From positions 64,924-128,923 of the forward strand of contig WLPX01000001.1 of the NCBI GenBank assembly GCA_009698575.1: DNA of 64,000 nucleotides, written 5' to 3'. The position numbers and the translations under genes were made by a program. How positions within the stretch are numbered: position 1 is the stretch's first letter; the number at the start of each line of letters is the position of its first letter. This DNA comes from Actinomycetota bacterium (GTDB lineage: Bacteria; Actinomycetota; Actinomycetes; S36-B12; UBA5976). Below the pieces are notes generated by a model. That model was not told the origin of the DNA, made no database searches, and saw nothing but the letters and a program-made list of their open reading frames with translations. Positions 8,815 through 17,970 of this stretch are shown piece by piece.

Positions 8815-9579
8815 CTAAGCAACAGGTTGTGCGCCAGTTATCTCGACCAGTGACCCACACATAAACGCAGCTTCTTCCGAAGCTAAGAATGCAACGAGCG
8901 CAGCAACTTCATCTGGTCGTCCGACGCGACCAAATGGAACTAGCGCATCCAAGTCCGCAATAGTGCGACCGGATCGCTTAGCGCCAGCTTCGAGCATTGG
9001 AGTATGAATTTCACCTGGGCATACTGCATTAACTCGCACGTTATGCGGAGCATAATCTCGGGCTAAGTTTTGCGAAAATGATGCAACTGCAGCTTTAGTT
9101 ACGTTGTAACCGATGCAATTGGGTGCTGGGTGCAAACCCCATTGTGATGCGGTATTAACTATTGCTCCCCCGCCACCTGCAATCATGTGCGGTAGTGCAG
9201 CTCGGCATAAGTGAAACATAGCGTTGATGTTTACGGCAAATAAGTCATTCCAGTCCTGAACACTTAGATCCAAAATATTCCCGCGTCGCATGATGCCTGC
9301 GTTGTTTACCAACACATCTATTTGGCCCCGCAGTTTAAATACTTGGGCAATCAAATCTATGCAGGCTGCTTCACTTGAAATGTCAGCTGGTAAAGCAATC
9401 GCAGCACCGCCACTTGCCGTGATATCAGCAGCTACCTTTGTCGCATTTTCAGCATTGGTGTCAGTAACAACTACAAATGCACCTTCGCTCGCTAGTCGTT
9501 GACAAATCGCAGTGCCAATTCCACCTGCGCCTCCGGTGACAATTGCAGTCTTTCCAGTGAATCGAATTGCTTGGCTCAT
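8815..9579 (-). CDS. Short-chain dehydrogenase/reductase (FabG-like)
   Basis: TGGAGGIG Rossmann motif, NNAG, catalytic YNVTK. Confidence 0.85.
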   Translation of the reverse strand: MSQAIRFTGKTAIVTGGAGGIGTAICQRLASEGAFVVVTDTNAENATKVAADITASGGAAIALPADISSEAACIDLIAQVFKLRGQIDVLVNNAGIMRRGNILDLSVQDWNDLFAVNINAMFHLCRAALPHMIAGGGGAIVNTASQWGLHPAPNCIGYNVTKAAVASFSQNLARDYAPHNVRVNAVCPGEIHTPMLEAGAKRSGRTIADLDALVPFGRVGRPDEVAALVAFLASEEAAFMCGSLVEITGAQPVA

Positions 9580-9598
9580 TGCATTTTCCTTTGCGTGT

Positions 9599-9606
9599 AA
9601 CTAGTA
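9599..9606 (-). promoter_or_regulatory. TACTAGTT box 19 nt upstream of the SDR gene ATG
   Basis: Plus strand reads aactagta. Confidence 0.3.
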
Positions 9607-9732
9607 GCCATAACTTACTAGGTCTGTAAATCTTGGCCTTGAGATGAATATCCCGTGAAATCATAAGGAATTCAAGGTTTTACCCTAACAATGGATTCTT
9701 TAGATATGGCCTAGAACGGGTAATCTCGACAG

Positions 9733-10983
9733 GTGAGCACAATCCAAACCCGCATCTACCTAGCCCGATTGGCTGGGACTGCTGTATTTGACTCCGTGGG
9801 AGATCAAGTAGGCAAGATTCGTGATGTCGTAGTGACGGCCCGAAGTAATGGCCGCGCACCATCTGTGTTGGGTTTTGTAGTTGAAGTAGCACCGCGGCGA
9901 CGAATTTTTGTCCCAATGGCTCGCATCACTTCAATCGAACCGGGCTCTGTGGTAACTAGCGGCGTGGTAAACCTACGCAGATTTGAACGACAGACCGAAG
10001 AAACTTTAGTAATTGCCGAATTACTTGATCGTCGAATCACACTTTTGGATTCTGCTGAGCAAGTTACTTTGCAAGACATCGGCATGTCACAAGAGCGCAC
10101 GCGGGACTGGACAATTTCTCGACTATTTATTCGTAAAGCTGCTACTAGCTTTGGTCGTCGTGGCGAAACTGTAACTGTTGAGTGGAGCGATGTCACTGGA
10201 CTATTTACCGAGTCTGCGCAGCAACCTGTTGATTCCCTGTTGGCATCAATTGAAGAGATGCGCCCAGCTGACCTGGCGAATTTGCTACAAGAATTGCCGC
10301 AGAAGCGTCGACTCGAACTTATTAGTGGGCTTGATGTTGAAAAGTTAGCTGACGTTTTTGAAGAGCTACCCGAAGATGATCGAGTTGAAATTATGTCCGA
10401 ACTTGGTTTAGAGCGAGCCCGCGATGTTCTGGAAGAAATGGATCCAGACGATGCCGCTGACTTGTTATCAGAATTACCGCCAGAGCAAGCAGAAGAATAT
10501 CTCGGTGCTATGGAGCCTGATGAAGCCGAAGATTTGCGTCGACTATTGACTTATGACGACTTCAGCGCTGGCGGCATGATGACAACTGAACCGGTTGTGC
10601 TATCCACCGATGCCACAGTCGCCGAAGCTTTGGCTCGAGTGCGCCAAGCTCAGCTATCTCCTGCCCTGGCTTCGCAAGTGTATGTAACGCGAGCACCACT
10701 GGAAACCCCAACTGGAAAGTACGTTGGCGTGGCCCACGTGCAACGATTGCTGCGGGAGCCGCCATCAAGTTTGGTATCTGGAGTATTGGACACAACCCTT
10801 ACGCCTATTGGCCCAGGCGCCCCACTGGGGCAAGTTGCCCGATATTTTGCAACTTACAACTTGGTCGCACTGCCTGTTGTAGACGAGAATGATCTTTTGT
10901 TAGGTGCCGTCACAATTGACGACGTAATCGACCATATGTTGCCGGAAGACTGGCGGGAAAACGAGATAGATGAGGAGGGCTGA
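9733..10983 (+). CDS. Soluble PRC-barrel / MgtE N-terminal domain / CBS-pair protein (no MgtE membrane domain)
   Basis: 416-aa ORF with GTG start. It has a PRC-barrel-like N-terminus, an acidic MgtE_N-type helical region (DLANLLQELP...) and two CBS repeats, with no hydrophobic segments. Confidence 0.75.
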   Translation: MSTIQTRIYLARLAGTAVFDSVGDQVGKIRDVVVTARSNGRAPSVLGFVVEVAPRRRIFVPMARITSIEPGSVVTSGVVNLRRFERQTEETLVIAELLDRRITLLDSAEQVTLQDIGMSQERTRDWTISRLFIRKAATSFGRRGETVTVEWSDVTGLFTESAQQPVDSLLASIEEMRPADLANLLQELPQKRRLELISGLDVEKLADVFEELPEDDRVEIMSELGLERARDVLEEMDPDDAADLLSELPPEQAEEYLGAMEPDEAEDLRRLLTYDDFSAGGMMTTEPVVLSTDATVAEALARVRQAQLSPALASQVYVTRAPLETPTGKYVGVAHVQRLLREPPSSLVSGVLDTTLTPIGPGAPLGQVARYFATYNLVALPVVDENDLLLGAVTIDDVIDHMLPEDWRENEIDEEG

Positions 10984-10985
10984 TC

Positions 10986-11501
10986 ATGGCACGCAACGAA
11001 CGACGAGGACCACGTTTGGATCAGCCGTTAGAGAGAGGCCGCTCCCTTCGTCCAACTGTTGATTCAGAAACCGCAGGCCGCGTAAGCGAGCGAGTTGCCC
11101 GATTCTTGGGCTCTTGGCGGTTCTTGGGCTACATGACATTTGTAGTTTTCAGCTGGCTACTTTGGAATATTTTTGCACCGAATGAATTTCGGGTTGATGC
11201 ATTTCCATTCCTATTTTTAACTTTGGCGTTATCGCTGCAGGCCTCTTATGCCGCTCCGCTAATTTTGCTGGCACAAAATCGTCAAGCCGATCGTGATCGT
11301 GTGCAATTCCAAGAAGACCGGGATCGCACCGAACGTTTACTTGCTGATTCTGATTACTTGACTCGAGAAATCGCGTCACTTCGATTAGCGCTTGGTGAAG
11401 TAGTCACGCGCGATTACCTGCGCGGCGAGATTCGAGACTTACTAGAAGAACTTAAAGATTTGCAAGCCACTGATAAAAAGGATGATCCAAAAACTTCATG
11501 A
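10986..11501 (+). CDS. DUF1003 membrane protein
   Basis: 171 aa with two TM helices followed by LAQNRQADRDRVQFQEDRDR, the DUF1003 signature. The start is 3 nt after the upstream stop. Confidence 0.8.
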   Translation: MARNERRGPRLDQPLERGRSLRPTVDSETAGRVSERVARFLGSWRFLGYMTFVVFSWLLWNIFAPNEFRVDAFPFLFLTLALSLQASYAAPLILLAQNRQADRDRVQFQEDRDRTERLLADSDYLTREIASLRLALGEVVTRDYLRGEIRDLLEELKDLQATDKKDDPKTS

Positions 11502-12628
11502 CTGTTAACCAAGAAGCCGTTCAAGCCGCACTAGCCACCGTAATTGACCCTGAAATCCGACGCCCAATTACTGAAATTGGGATGGTCAAAGATGTTTCAA
11601 TTTCTGGTGGCGAGGTAACGGTAGGTGTTTACTTAACAATCTCTGCATGTCCGATGCAAGACACCATTGTTAACAGCGTCAAAGATGCAGTTTCAAAAGT
11701 CAGAGATGTTACAAGTGTTGTGGTTGAACTTGATGTCATGAGTCCGGAACAGCGCACTGCACTACGCGAGAAGCTACAAGGACCAACAAAAGAAATTCGC
11801 TTTAATCAACCAGGTTCACTTACTCGGATTTATGCAATTGCATCCGGTAAAGGTGGAGTAGGTAAGTCATCAGTAACCACTAACTTGGCAGCAGCAATGG
11901 CGAGAAATGGTTTAGCTGTTGGCATTGTTGATGCAGATATTTATGGACATTCGATTCCCGACATGATGGGAATTACGCAAGCACCCCTCAAAGTGGAAAA
12001 CATGATCATGCCGCCGCAAGGTCATGATGTGCGAGTGATGTCGATGCTGCCGTTAAAGCCAAAAGGTCGACATGAGCCAGTTGCAATGCGCGGACCGATG
12101 TTACATCGTTACTTGGAATCATTCTTAAGTGAAGTTTGGTGGGGCGACCTAGACATTCTGTTACTTGATCTACCGCCAGGTACCGGTGACATTGCTATCA
12201 GTACTGCGCACCTACTGCCGCAGAGTGAATTAATAATCGTAACCACACCACAACCGGCAGCAGCTGATGTTGCAATTCGCGCCGGCATGCTAGCACCTCA
12301 AGTTAATCAGCGGGTCAGCGGCGTAATTGAGAACATGTCAGCGTTTGCCTGCCCACACTGTGGTGAACCAATCGACATGTTTGGCTCTGGTGGCGGAAAA
12401 ATGGTCGCCGAAACTTTATCTGCAAATGTTGGACAAGAGGTTCCGCTGCTTGGCCGAATTCCATTTGATCCAGGCTTACGTGAAGGTGGAGATGCTGGCA
12501 TGCCATTTGTGCTTTCCAATCCAACTGCGCCCGCATCAGTAGCCTTGATTGAAATTGCAGAAAAACTTGGGACGCGACCTAGAGGCCTAGTTGGTATGAA
12601 CTTGGGAGTTACTCCAAGCCGCGATTAA
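11498..12628 (+). CDS. mrp: Mrp/ApbC-family Fe-S cluster carrier ATPase
   Basis: DUF59-like N-terminus, deviant Walker A ASGKGGVGKSS, CPHCGE cluster-ligand motif. Overlaps the upstream gene by 4 nt. Confidence 0.9.
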   Translation: MTVNQEAVQAALATVIDPEIRRPITEIGMVKDVSISGGEVTVGVYLTISACPMQDTIVNSVKDAVSKVRDVTSVVVELDVMSPEQRTALREKLQGPTKEIRFNQPGSLTRIYAIASGKGGVGKSSVTTNLAAAMARNGLAVGIVDADIYGHSIPDMMGITQAPLKVENMIMPPQGHDVRVMSMLPLKPKGRHEPVAMRGPMLHRYLESFLSEVWWGDLDILLLDLPPGTGDIAISTAHLLPQSELIIVTTPQPAAADVAIRAGMLAPQVNQRVSGVIENMSAFACPHCGEPIDMFGSGGGKMVAETLSANVGQEVPLLGRIPFDPGLREGGDAGMPFVLSNPTAPASVALIEIAEKLGTRPRGLVGMNLGVTPSRD

Positions 12629-12933
12629 GTTGCGTCGGGATCAAATACTGCATTGACTTGCCGGCTTGGCGAACTTGTTGTTCGCTTCGTTGGGGCAGTC
12701 ATGGCGTTTGTCGCAATACCTCGTGGCGTCAAGCCGCGTAAATCTTTGGCTAAGTCAGTCACTACTTTGGAATCAACTGAATTAGTTAGCTCCGCAGTCG
12801 CAGTACTTGCTTTAGTTCGCAACATCTTTACGAATCGAGCAAATTGCGCGCTCATTTCAGGCAATCTTTCTGGTCCAAAGACAATCAGGCCAATCATGGC
12901 AATTACTAGAAATTCACCCCAACCAATATTCAT
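12625..12933 (-). CDS. tatB: Twin-arginine translocase subunit TatB
   Basis: N-terminal GWGEFLVIAMIGLIVFGPERLP, the TatB-type TM plus hinge motif. Confidence 0.8.
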   Translation of the reverse strand: MNIGWGEFLVIAMIGLIVFGPERLPEMSAQFARFVKMLRTKASTATAELTNSVDSKVVTDLAKDLRGLTPRGIATNAMTAPTKRTTSSPSRQVNAVFDPDAT

Positions 12934-12962
12934 AGTTTGAGTTTAACGCTTAATACTCTCGG

Positions 12963-14150
12963 CTAATTATGGTCCGAACCTAAAGTGACCTTAATAATTG
13001 AGCCATCTGAAAGTTCTAACTCGACCACGTCGCCCGGGTTTTTGGCGCGGATCCGCACCACAAGTTCAGTGCCATCACCAACTTTTACACCATCAATAGC
13101 AACGATAACATCGCCAGGTTTCAAAGTTGTTGTTGAAGCTGGGCCGCCAGGAACAATTTCTTGCACCAGCGCACCTGGTTTACTGTAATTAAGGTCAAGT
13201 TGAACGCCAATGATCGGATAGCTAGATTTTCCAGTTGCAATCAATTCTGTTGCAACTCGGCGTGCTTGATTAATTGGAATCGCAAAACCAAGTCCGATGC
13301 TGCCGCTTTGGCCAGATACTGAACCACCTGTAGTTGCGATTGCAGAATTGATTCCGATAACTTCCCCACGTGAATTAACTAACGGGCCGCCAGAGTTTCC
13401 AGGGTTAATTGCAGCATCCGTTTGAATTGCGCTGATGAATGACAAATCATTACTCTCGCCAGCAGTTACTGGTCGATTTAGCGCAGAAACGATTCCACTG
13501 GTAACTGTGCCGGTAAGTCCTAGTGGTGAACCAATTGCAATTGTGGCATCGCCAACTACTACGGAATCAGAATCCCCTAATGCAGCAACCGGCAAATTTC
13601 CACGATCGACTTTCAATACCGCTAAGTCATAAGACGCATCTGTACCAACTACGGTGGCGCTGGTTTGAGATTGATCTTGAAACGTAACCGTGATTTCCGC
13701 AGAGTCACCAGCACCTGTTGCCACATGGTTATTTGTCAGAATGAAAGATTCCTTGGCAGTACTTCTGATTACAAAACCTGAACCCGTGCCCGAGCTACTG
13801 GCAGATGTGACGTCAATTGAAACCACAACAGGAAGAACTGCTTGCGCAATTCCAGCGATCGAATCATCGGCACGGGGTGAAGTGTCGCCATTGCCAGCCG
13901 GAAGTGAAATCGGCGCCGAGGGGGCATTGCCGATCATTGAGGCACCCATGAAGCCAAGCATGCCTGCCAACAAGCCACTTATGACACCAGCAATGATTGC
14001 CTTCTTTACAGCTGGTGAAGCACTGGCTGGCAGGTCGCTAGAAACCTGGACAGGTGCTTGATATACCCAGGTTGGAGCTGGCGGTACCAAAGGTGCTGCA
14101 GGCACAATCTCGGTCGGCAGGTTCTGGGTGTCTTCAGGGGTCTGGGTCAT
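12963..14150 (-). CDS. htrA: HtrA/DegP-family membrane-anchored serine protease with PDZ domain
   Basis: Pro-rich N-terminus plus TM anchor, trypsin-like domain with GNSGGPL, C-terminal PDZ (GDVIVAIDG). Confidence 0.9.
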   Translation of the reverse strand: MTQTPEDTQNLPTEIVPAAPLVPPAPTWVYQAPVQVSSDLPASASPAVKKAIIAGVISGLLAGMLGFMGASMIGNAPSAPISLPAGNGDTSPRADDSIAGIAQAVLPVVVSIDVTSASSSGTGSGFVIRSTAKESFILTNNHVATGAGDSAEITVTFQDQSQTSATVVGTDASYDLAVLKVDRGNLPVAALGDSDSVVVGDATIAIGSPLGLTGTVTSGIVSALNRPVTAGESNDLSFISAIQTDAAINPGNSGGPLVNSRGEVIGINSAIATTGGSVSGQSGSIGLGFAIPINQARRVATELIATGKSSYPIIGVQLDLNYSKPGALVQEIVPGGPASTTTLKPGDVIVAIDGVKVGDGTELVVRIRAKNPGDVVELELSDGSIIKVTLGSDHN

Positions 14151-14275
14151 AACCTAACTTTCTTGCGCGTGGAACGAATTTTCGAACTACCCCTATTCTC
14201 ACCTATGAATCCGCGACCTTGCCAACTAAGCGACCATTCTTCACCAAATGCTTACAAGAGCCGTACGCTTGCTTT

Positions 14276-14929
14276 ATGGCACCAACTGACCCACGAATTC
14301 TGGCAATCCACAGAGCCTCAACTGACTATGCCGAAACATGGGCTGGCGAAGATGGCGTTCGAGCACATGCTCGCGCCAAAGCTGCCGAAATTGGCTGCGT
14401 GGCAATGGGACCTGGGGCAGGCAGCATAGTTAGAACTTTGGCAGCTGCAATTGATGCAAAAAATGTTGTTGAAATTGGAACTGGCGCTGGGGTTTCTGCG
14501 CTGTGGCTTTTGGAAGGCATGAATCCTGACGGTGTTTTAACTAGCGTTGATGTTGAAGCCGAGCACCAGTTAATTGCCAAAGATGCTATTTCTCAAGCAG
14601 GCATAGCCGCCAATCGAGTTCGACTAATTAATGGTCGTGCTGGTGAAGTACTTGATCGCTTAACCGAATCTGCTTATGACATTGTTTTGATCGCTGGAAA
14701 ACCAGTTGAATTAAGTGACCACATTGCACGTGCTTTAACTTTGTTGCGATCTGGTGGATTACTAATAATTGATCGCGCACTTTGGAATGACAAACTGGCT
14801 GACCCAGCTCAACGTGATCCAGATACCGTTGCAATGCGCGGTGCGATCGAAGGCTTAGCTAATAGCGAAGAATTTACTGGCTCGTTACTACCTGTTGGTG
14901 GCGGGCTGTTGGTGGCTGTTAAAAACTAG
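14276..14929 (+). CDS. Class I SAM-dependent O-methyltransferase (caffeoyl-CoA OMT-like)
   Basis: SAM motif VVEIGTGAGVS. The ORF track starts at 14219, but ATG 14276 (MAPTDPRIL...) fits the family length better. Confidence 0.8.
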   Translation: MAPTDPRILAIHRASTDYAETWAGEDGVRAHARAKAAEIGCVAMGPGAGSIVRTLAAAIDAKNVVEIGTGAGVSALWLLEGMNPDGVLTSVDVEAEHQLIAKDAISQAGIAANRVRLINGRAGEVLDRLTESAYDIVLIAGKPVELSDHIARALTLLRSGGLLIIDRALWNDKLADPAQRDPDTVAMRGAIEGLANSEEFTGSLLPVGGGLLVAVKN

Positions 14930-14948
14930 CCGGCGCTTGGGTAAAACT

Positions 14949-15074
14949 GGGCAGTGTTTATTGGGCAGTGTTTATTTATGCCAATACTTATTTATGCCTA
15001 AGAAATAGGCTTTGCCTATTTCTTAGTTGAATCCGTGAAACGGATTCAAACATAAGGCAGTGTTTATTTATGCC
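14949..15074. repeat. Dispersed/tandem copies of GGCAGTGTTTATT(TATGCC)
   Basis: Copies at 14949-14962, 14963-14982 and 15055-15074, plus a partial copy CTTATTTATGCC at 14987-14998. Confidence 0.9.
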
Positions 15075-15100
15075 GAAAAGTAGCTAGCTACTTTTTCGGC
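14998..15100. terminator. Array of three consecutive hairpins between convergent genes
   Basis: Hairpin 1: 14998-15010/15014-15026, 13 bp. Hairpin 2: 15027-15035/15041-15049, 9 bp. Hairpin 3: 15072-15083/15088-15100, 12 bp with one bulged T; its right arm includes the stop and last codons of the DUF3117 gene. Confidence 0.6.
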
Positions 15101-15270
15101 ATGGCACTTACTGTGTCTTTAAGAACAGCTCCCAGGTCTTTAACTTCCTGAGCATTAAGTTCAACTACTAAGCGTCCGCCACCTTCGAGTGGAACTCGAA
15201 GGACATATCCGCGACCTTCTTTAGGGCATTCCATTGGGCCGTCGCCAGTGCGTGGCTTCATAGCTGCCAT
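15088..15270 (-). CDS. DUF3117-family small conserved actinobacterial protein
   Basis: MAAMKPRTGDGPMECPKEGRGYVLRVPLEGGGRLVVELN is the DUF3117 signature. ATG 15270 has a GGAAGG RBS; the ORF-track start 15279 is a GTG with no spacing to that RBS. Confidence 0.8.
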   Translation of the reverse strand: MAAMKPRTGDGPMECPKEGRGYVLRVPLEGGGRLVVELNAQEVKDLGAVLKDTVSAMPKK

Positions 15271-15421
15271 TTTGGTCACCTTCCGATAAGTTTCGTGAAT
15301 TACGCTTTAGTTCCTCTATTATCCCTTAAAAACAGGCCGTAACGAAATCCGGACAATTCCTGTAAACCCTTGCAAATAATGAGGTTTTTGGGGCTAAAAC
15401 TGCCGCGAAATTAATAGCGCT

Positions 15422-15868
15422 TTAAAGCTTGCCTTGCTCAACAAGGTCGGCAAACTTTTCCAACGACTTACGCACGCCATAAACAAAACCAGGCTTAACT
15501 AATGTGAAGCCAATCTTGCCTAATAGGCCAAGTGGCAAGTCCAAGTCTTCACTCCAAATGAACTTAGAAGTCGATTCACTAGTTGCAATGACTTCAAAGG
15601 TGCCAGTTCCCCGAACTACTCGCCCGGTGTGCAGCACATCGCATTTAGTTGGTGGGTCCCAGGATGTGATTTCCATAGTGTCCAAGAACCCAATGCGCCA
15701 GATCCCCGTAAAGGCTTCAATCTGGCCACCAACGCCAGTGCCATCGCCATTAACAGGCCAAACTTTAGTTCCTAGCATCCAGTTACTTTGAGCCTGCCAA
15801 TTAGTGATCGCATTCCAGACATTGATTGCTGGTGCTTGCACTAAAACTTCTAATTCGATGTGCTCCAT
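15422..15868 (-). CDS. SRPBCC (polyketide cyclase/START-like) family protein
   Basis: 148-aa ORF with the W-rich beta-grip pattern typical of the SRPBCC superfamily. Its ATG overlaps the dapE stop by 1 nt. Confidence 0.6.
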   Translation of the reverse strand: MEHIELEVLVQAPAINVWNAITNWQAQSNWMLGTKVWPVNGDGTGVGGQIEAFTGIWRIGFLDTMEITSWDPPTKCDVLHTGRVVRGTGTFEVIATSESTSKFIWSEDLDLPLGLLGKIGFTLVKPGFVYGVRKSLEKFADLVEQGKL

Positions 15869-17010
15869 TAACCGCGCAACCAGCTAAAGACCGTTTCTTC
15901 ACATTTTTGTAATTGTGAAACCGGTACGAACTCATTGCGAGAGTGTGCCAAGCCAGGATCACCTGGTCCTAAATTAACGGCCGGCACTCCCATTGCAGAG
16001 AACCTCGCAACATCAGTCCAGCCAAACTTGGGGGCAACTTGCCCATTTACTCGAGAAACTAAATCTGCCAATGCAGGGCGATCCAGACCTGGCATCGCAC
16101 CAGGTGCATTGTCGCTGAATTCAACCGTGAAGTCTTTGAAGGTATCGCGAATATGTTGTTCCGCGTCGGCACCACTTTTGTTCGGTGCGTAACGATAATT
16201 AACTTCAACCAAAGCTTGATCTGGAATTATGTTTCCAGCGATACCACCTGAGATAGAAACTGCATTCAAACCCTCGCGGTATTCCAATCCATCTATGAGT
16301 ACTTTTGCTGGCTCGTAGGAATTCAGCGTTTCTAAAATCGCATTCAAATTATGGATTGCATTTTCGCCTAACCAAGATCTGGCACTATGGGCGCGCTTTC
16401 CGGAAGTCGAGATATTTGCGCGCAGCGTGCCTTGGCAACCTGCCTCAATGTTGGCGTTTGAAGGTTCCAGCAGCACTGCGATATCAGCCGTCAACCACTC
16501 GGGGTGCTCAGCCGCAATCAACGTTAGGCCGTTGCGGGAACTTTCGATTTCTTCACATTCGTAGAAGATATAAGTGACATCAAACTGCGGATTTTCGATT
16601 GTGGCAGCTGCACGGAATGCAACCGCTACCCCACCTTTCATGTCGCAGGATCCAATTCCAAACAACACGTCCTCGGAAACCGACGAGCCATCGCTGGGTA
16701 ACTTTCCATCCTTGCTAATCAAAACTGCTTGGGCATTGTCTGCCACCGGAACGGTATCGATGTGACCGGCAACGATTACTCGGGAGGGTTTGCCAAGATT
16801 GGTTCGCGCAATTACAGAATTTTTGAAGCGAATCACTTCCAGCCAACTACATTGGCTCAAGGCCTGAAAAATCGAGGTTGCAATAACGTTTTCATCGCCC
16901 GAGACACTTGGAATATTGACCAAATCCGTGGTTACCGTAACTATGTCGGCGTGCGGGTTTAACGCTGCAATGTCCACACGACTACGGTAGTCCTGTAAGG
17001 CTTTTTTCAC
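15868..17010 (-). CDS. dapE: Succinyl-diaminopimelate desuccinylase (M20 peptidase family)
   Basis: M20 motifs ([16 protein letters not shown]). Divergent from dapD, as in other actinobacteria. Confidence 0.85.
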   Translation of the reverse strand: MKKALQDYRSRVDIAALNPHADIVTVTTDLVNIPSVSGDENVIATSIFQALSQCSWLEVIRFKNSVIARTNLGKPSRVIVAGHIDTVPVADNAQAVLISKDGKLPSDGSSVSEDVLFGIGSCDMKGGVAVAFRAAATIENPQFDVTYIFYECEEIESSRNGLTLIAAEHPEWLTADIAVLLEPSNANIEAGCQGTLRANISTSGKRAHSARSWLGENAIHNLNAILETLNSYEPAKVLIDGLEYREGLNAVSISGGIAGNIIPDQALVEVNYRYAPNKSGADAEQHIRDTFKDFTVEFSDNAPGAMPGLDRPALADLVSRVNGQVAPKFGWTDVARFSAMGVPAVNLGPGDPGLAHSRNEFVPVSQLQKCEETVFSWLRG

Positions 17011-17039
17011 TACTTAAGCCCCCTATTGTGAGGAACGAC

Positions 17040-17957
17040 ATGAGCAATCGAATTGCATCCGCAACTGGATTAGCCACCTATTCTGGCGATGCCCTCTTGG
17101 ATGCCTGGTACCCAGAACCAGCACTCGGAGCTAAGCCAGCTGCGGTAACTGGGCTGGAACGCGGTATCGATACTGACTCATTGCGTGGCGTGCGTGTTGA
17201 AGTAATTCACACCACTTCCAACCTTGATGAAGCTCCTGAAACTGCCGCAGATGCTTACCTACGACTACATCTACTCTCGCATCGCCTAGTTGTCCCGCGC
17301 ACGATAAATCTTGATGGCTTATTTGGCTTACTTACAAATGTTGCATGGACTTCCCTTGGCCCAGTCGCCATTGAAAATGTAACTCAGGTGGCAATTAACG
17401 CGCGAGCTAAAGGTGTCTACTTAAATGTTTTTGGGATCGATAAATTCCCTCGCATGCTCGACTACGTAGTGCCAAGTGGTGTCCGAGTAGCAGACGCAGA
17501 CCGAGTTCGCCTTGGCGCTCATTTAGCTGCCGGTACCACAGTTATGCACGAAGGCTTTGTGAACTTTAATGCTGGCACGCTCGGAGCCAGCATGGTTGAG
17601 GGTCGGATTTCCGCTGGCGTAGTTGTTGGTAATGGTTCTGACATTGGTGGCGGTGCCAGCATCATGGGCACACTTTCTGGTGGTGGCAAAGAAGTAATCA
17701 CAATTGGTGAAAATTGCTTAGTCGGCGCTAATGCTGGCGTTGGAATTTCGCTTGGTGATAGTTGCGTAGTTGAGGCCGGTTGCTACATCACTGGTGGTTC
17801 AAAAATTACATTGCCAGATGGCAAACTCATAAAAGCCAAGGAGCTATCTGGTGCGCACGGCCTACTTTTCCGCCGCAACTCAGTTTCTGGCGCGCTAGAA
17901 GCAGTAACGCGAGAAGGAACTTGGGGCGGATTAAATGACGCCCTGCACAAGAACTAA
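17040..17957 (+). CDS. dapD: 2,3,4,5-tetrahydropyridine-2,6-dicarboxylate N-succinyltransferase
   Basis: Hexapeptide-repeat (LbH) C-terminal half of actinobacterial DapD type. ATG 17040 follows a GAGGAA RBS; the ORF-track GTG 17028 is the alternative. Confidence 0.85.
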   Translation: MSNRIASATGLATYSGDALLDAWYPEPALGAKPAAVTGLERGIDTDSLRGVRVEVIHTTSNLDEAPETAADAYLRLHLLSHRLVVPRTINLDGLFGLLTNVAWTSLGPVAIENVTQVAINARAKGVYLNVFGIDKFPRMLDYVVPSGVRVADADRVRLGAHLAAGTTVMHEGFVNFNAGTLGASMVEGRISAGVVVGNGSDIGGGASIMGTLSGGGKEVITIGENCLVGANAGVGISLGDSCVVEAGCYITGGSKITLPDGKLIKAKELSGAHGLLFRRNSVSGALEAVTREGTWGGLNDALHKN

Positions 17958-17970
17958 ATTTTTTGCTGAC

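Noticed and set aside
9580-9732. Possible M-box or other riboswitch in the AT-rich 154-nt spacer next to the MgtE_N/CBS gene (GTTAGGG on the minus strand)
   Set aside because: Only a 7-nt resemblance to the M-box core, and on the strand facing the SDR gene rather than the Mg-related gene. There are no extended conserved helices. It is more simply a divergent promoter region.
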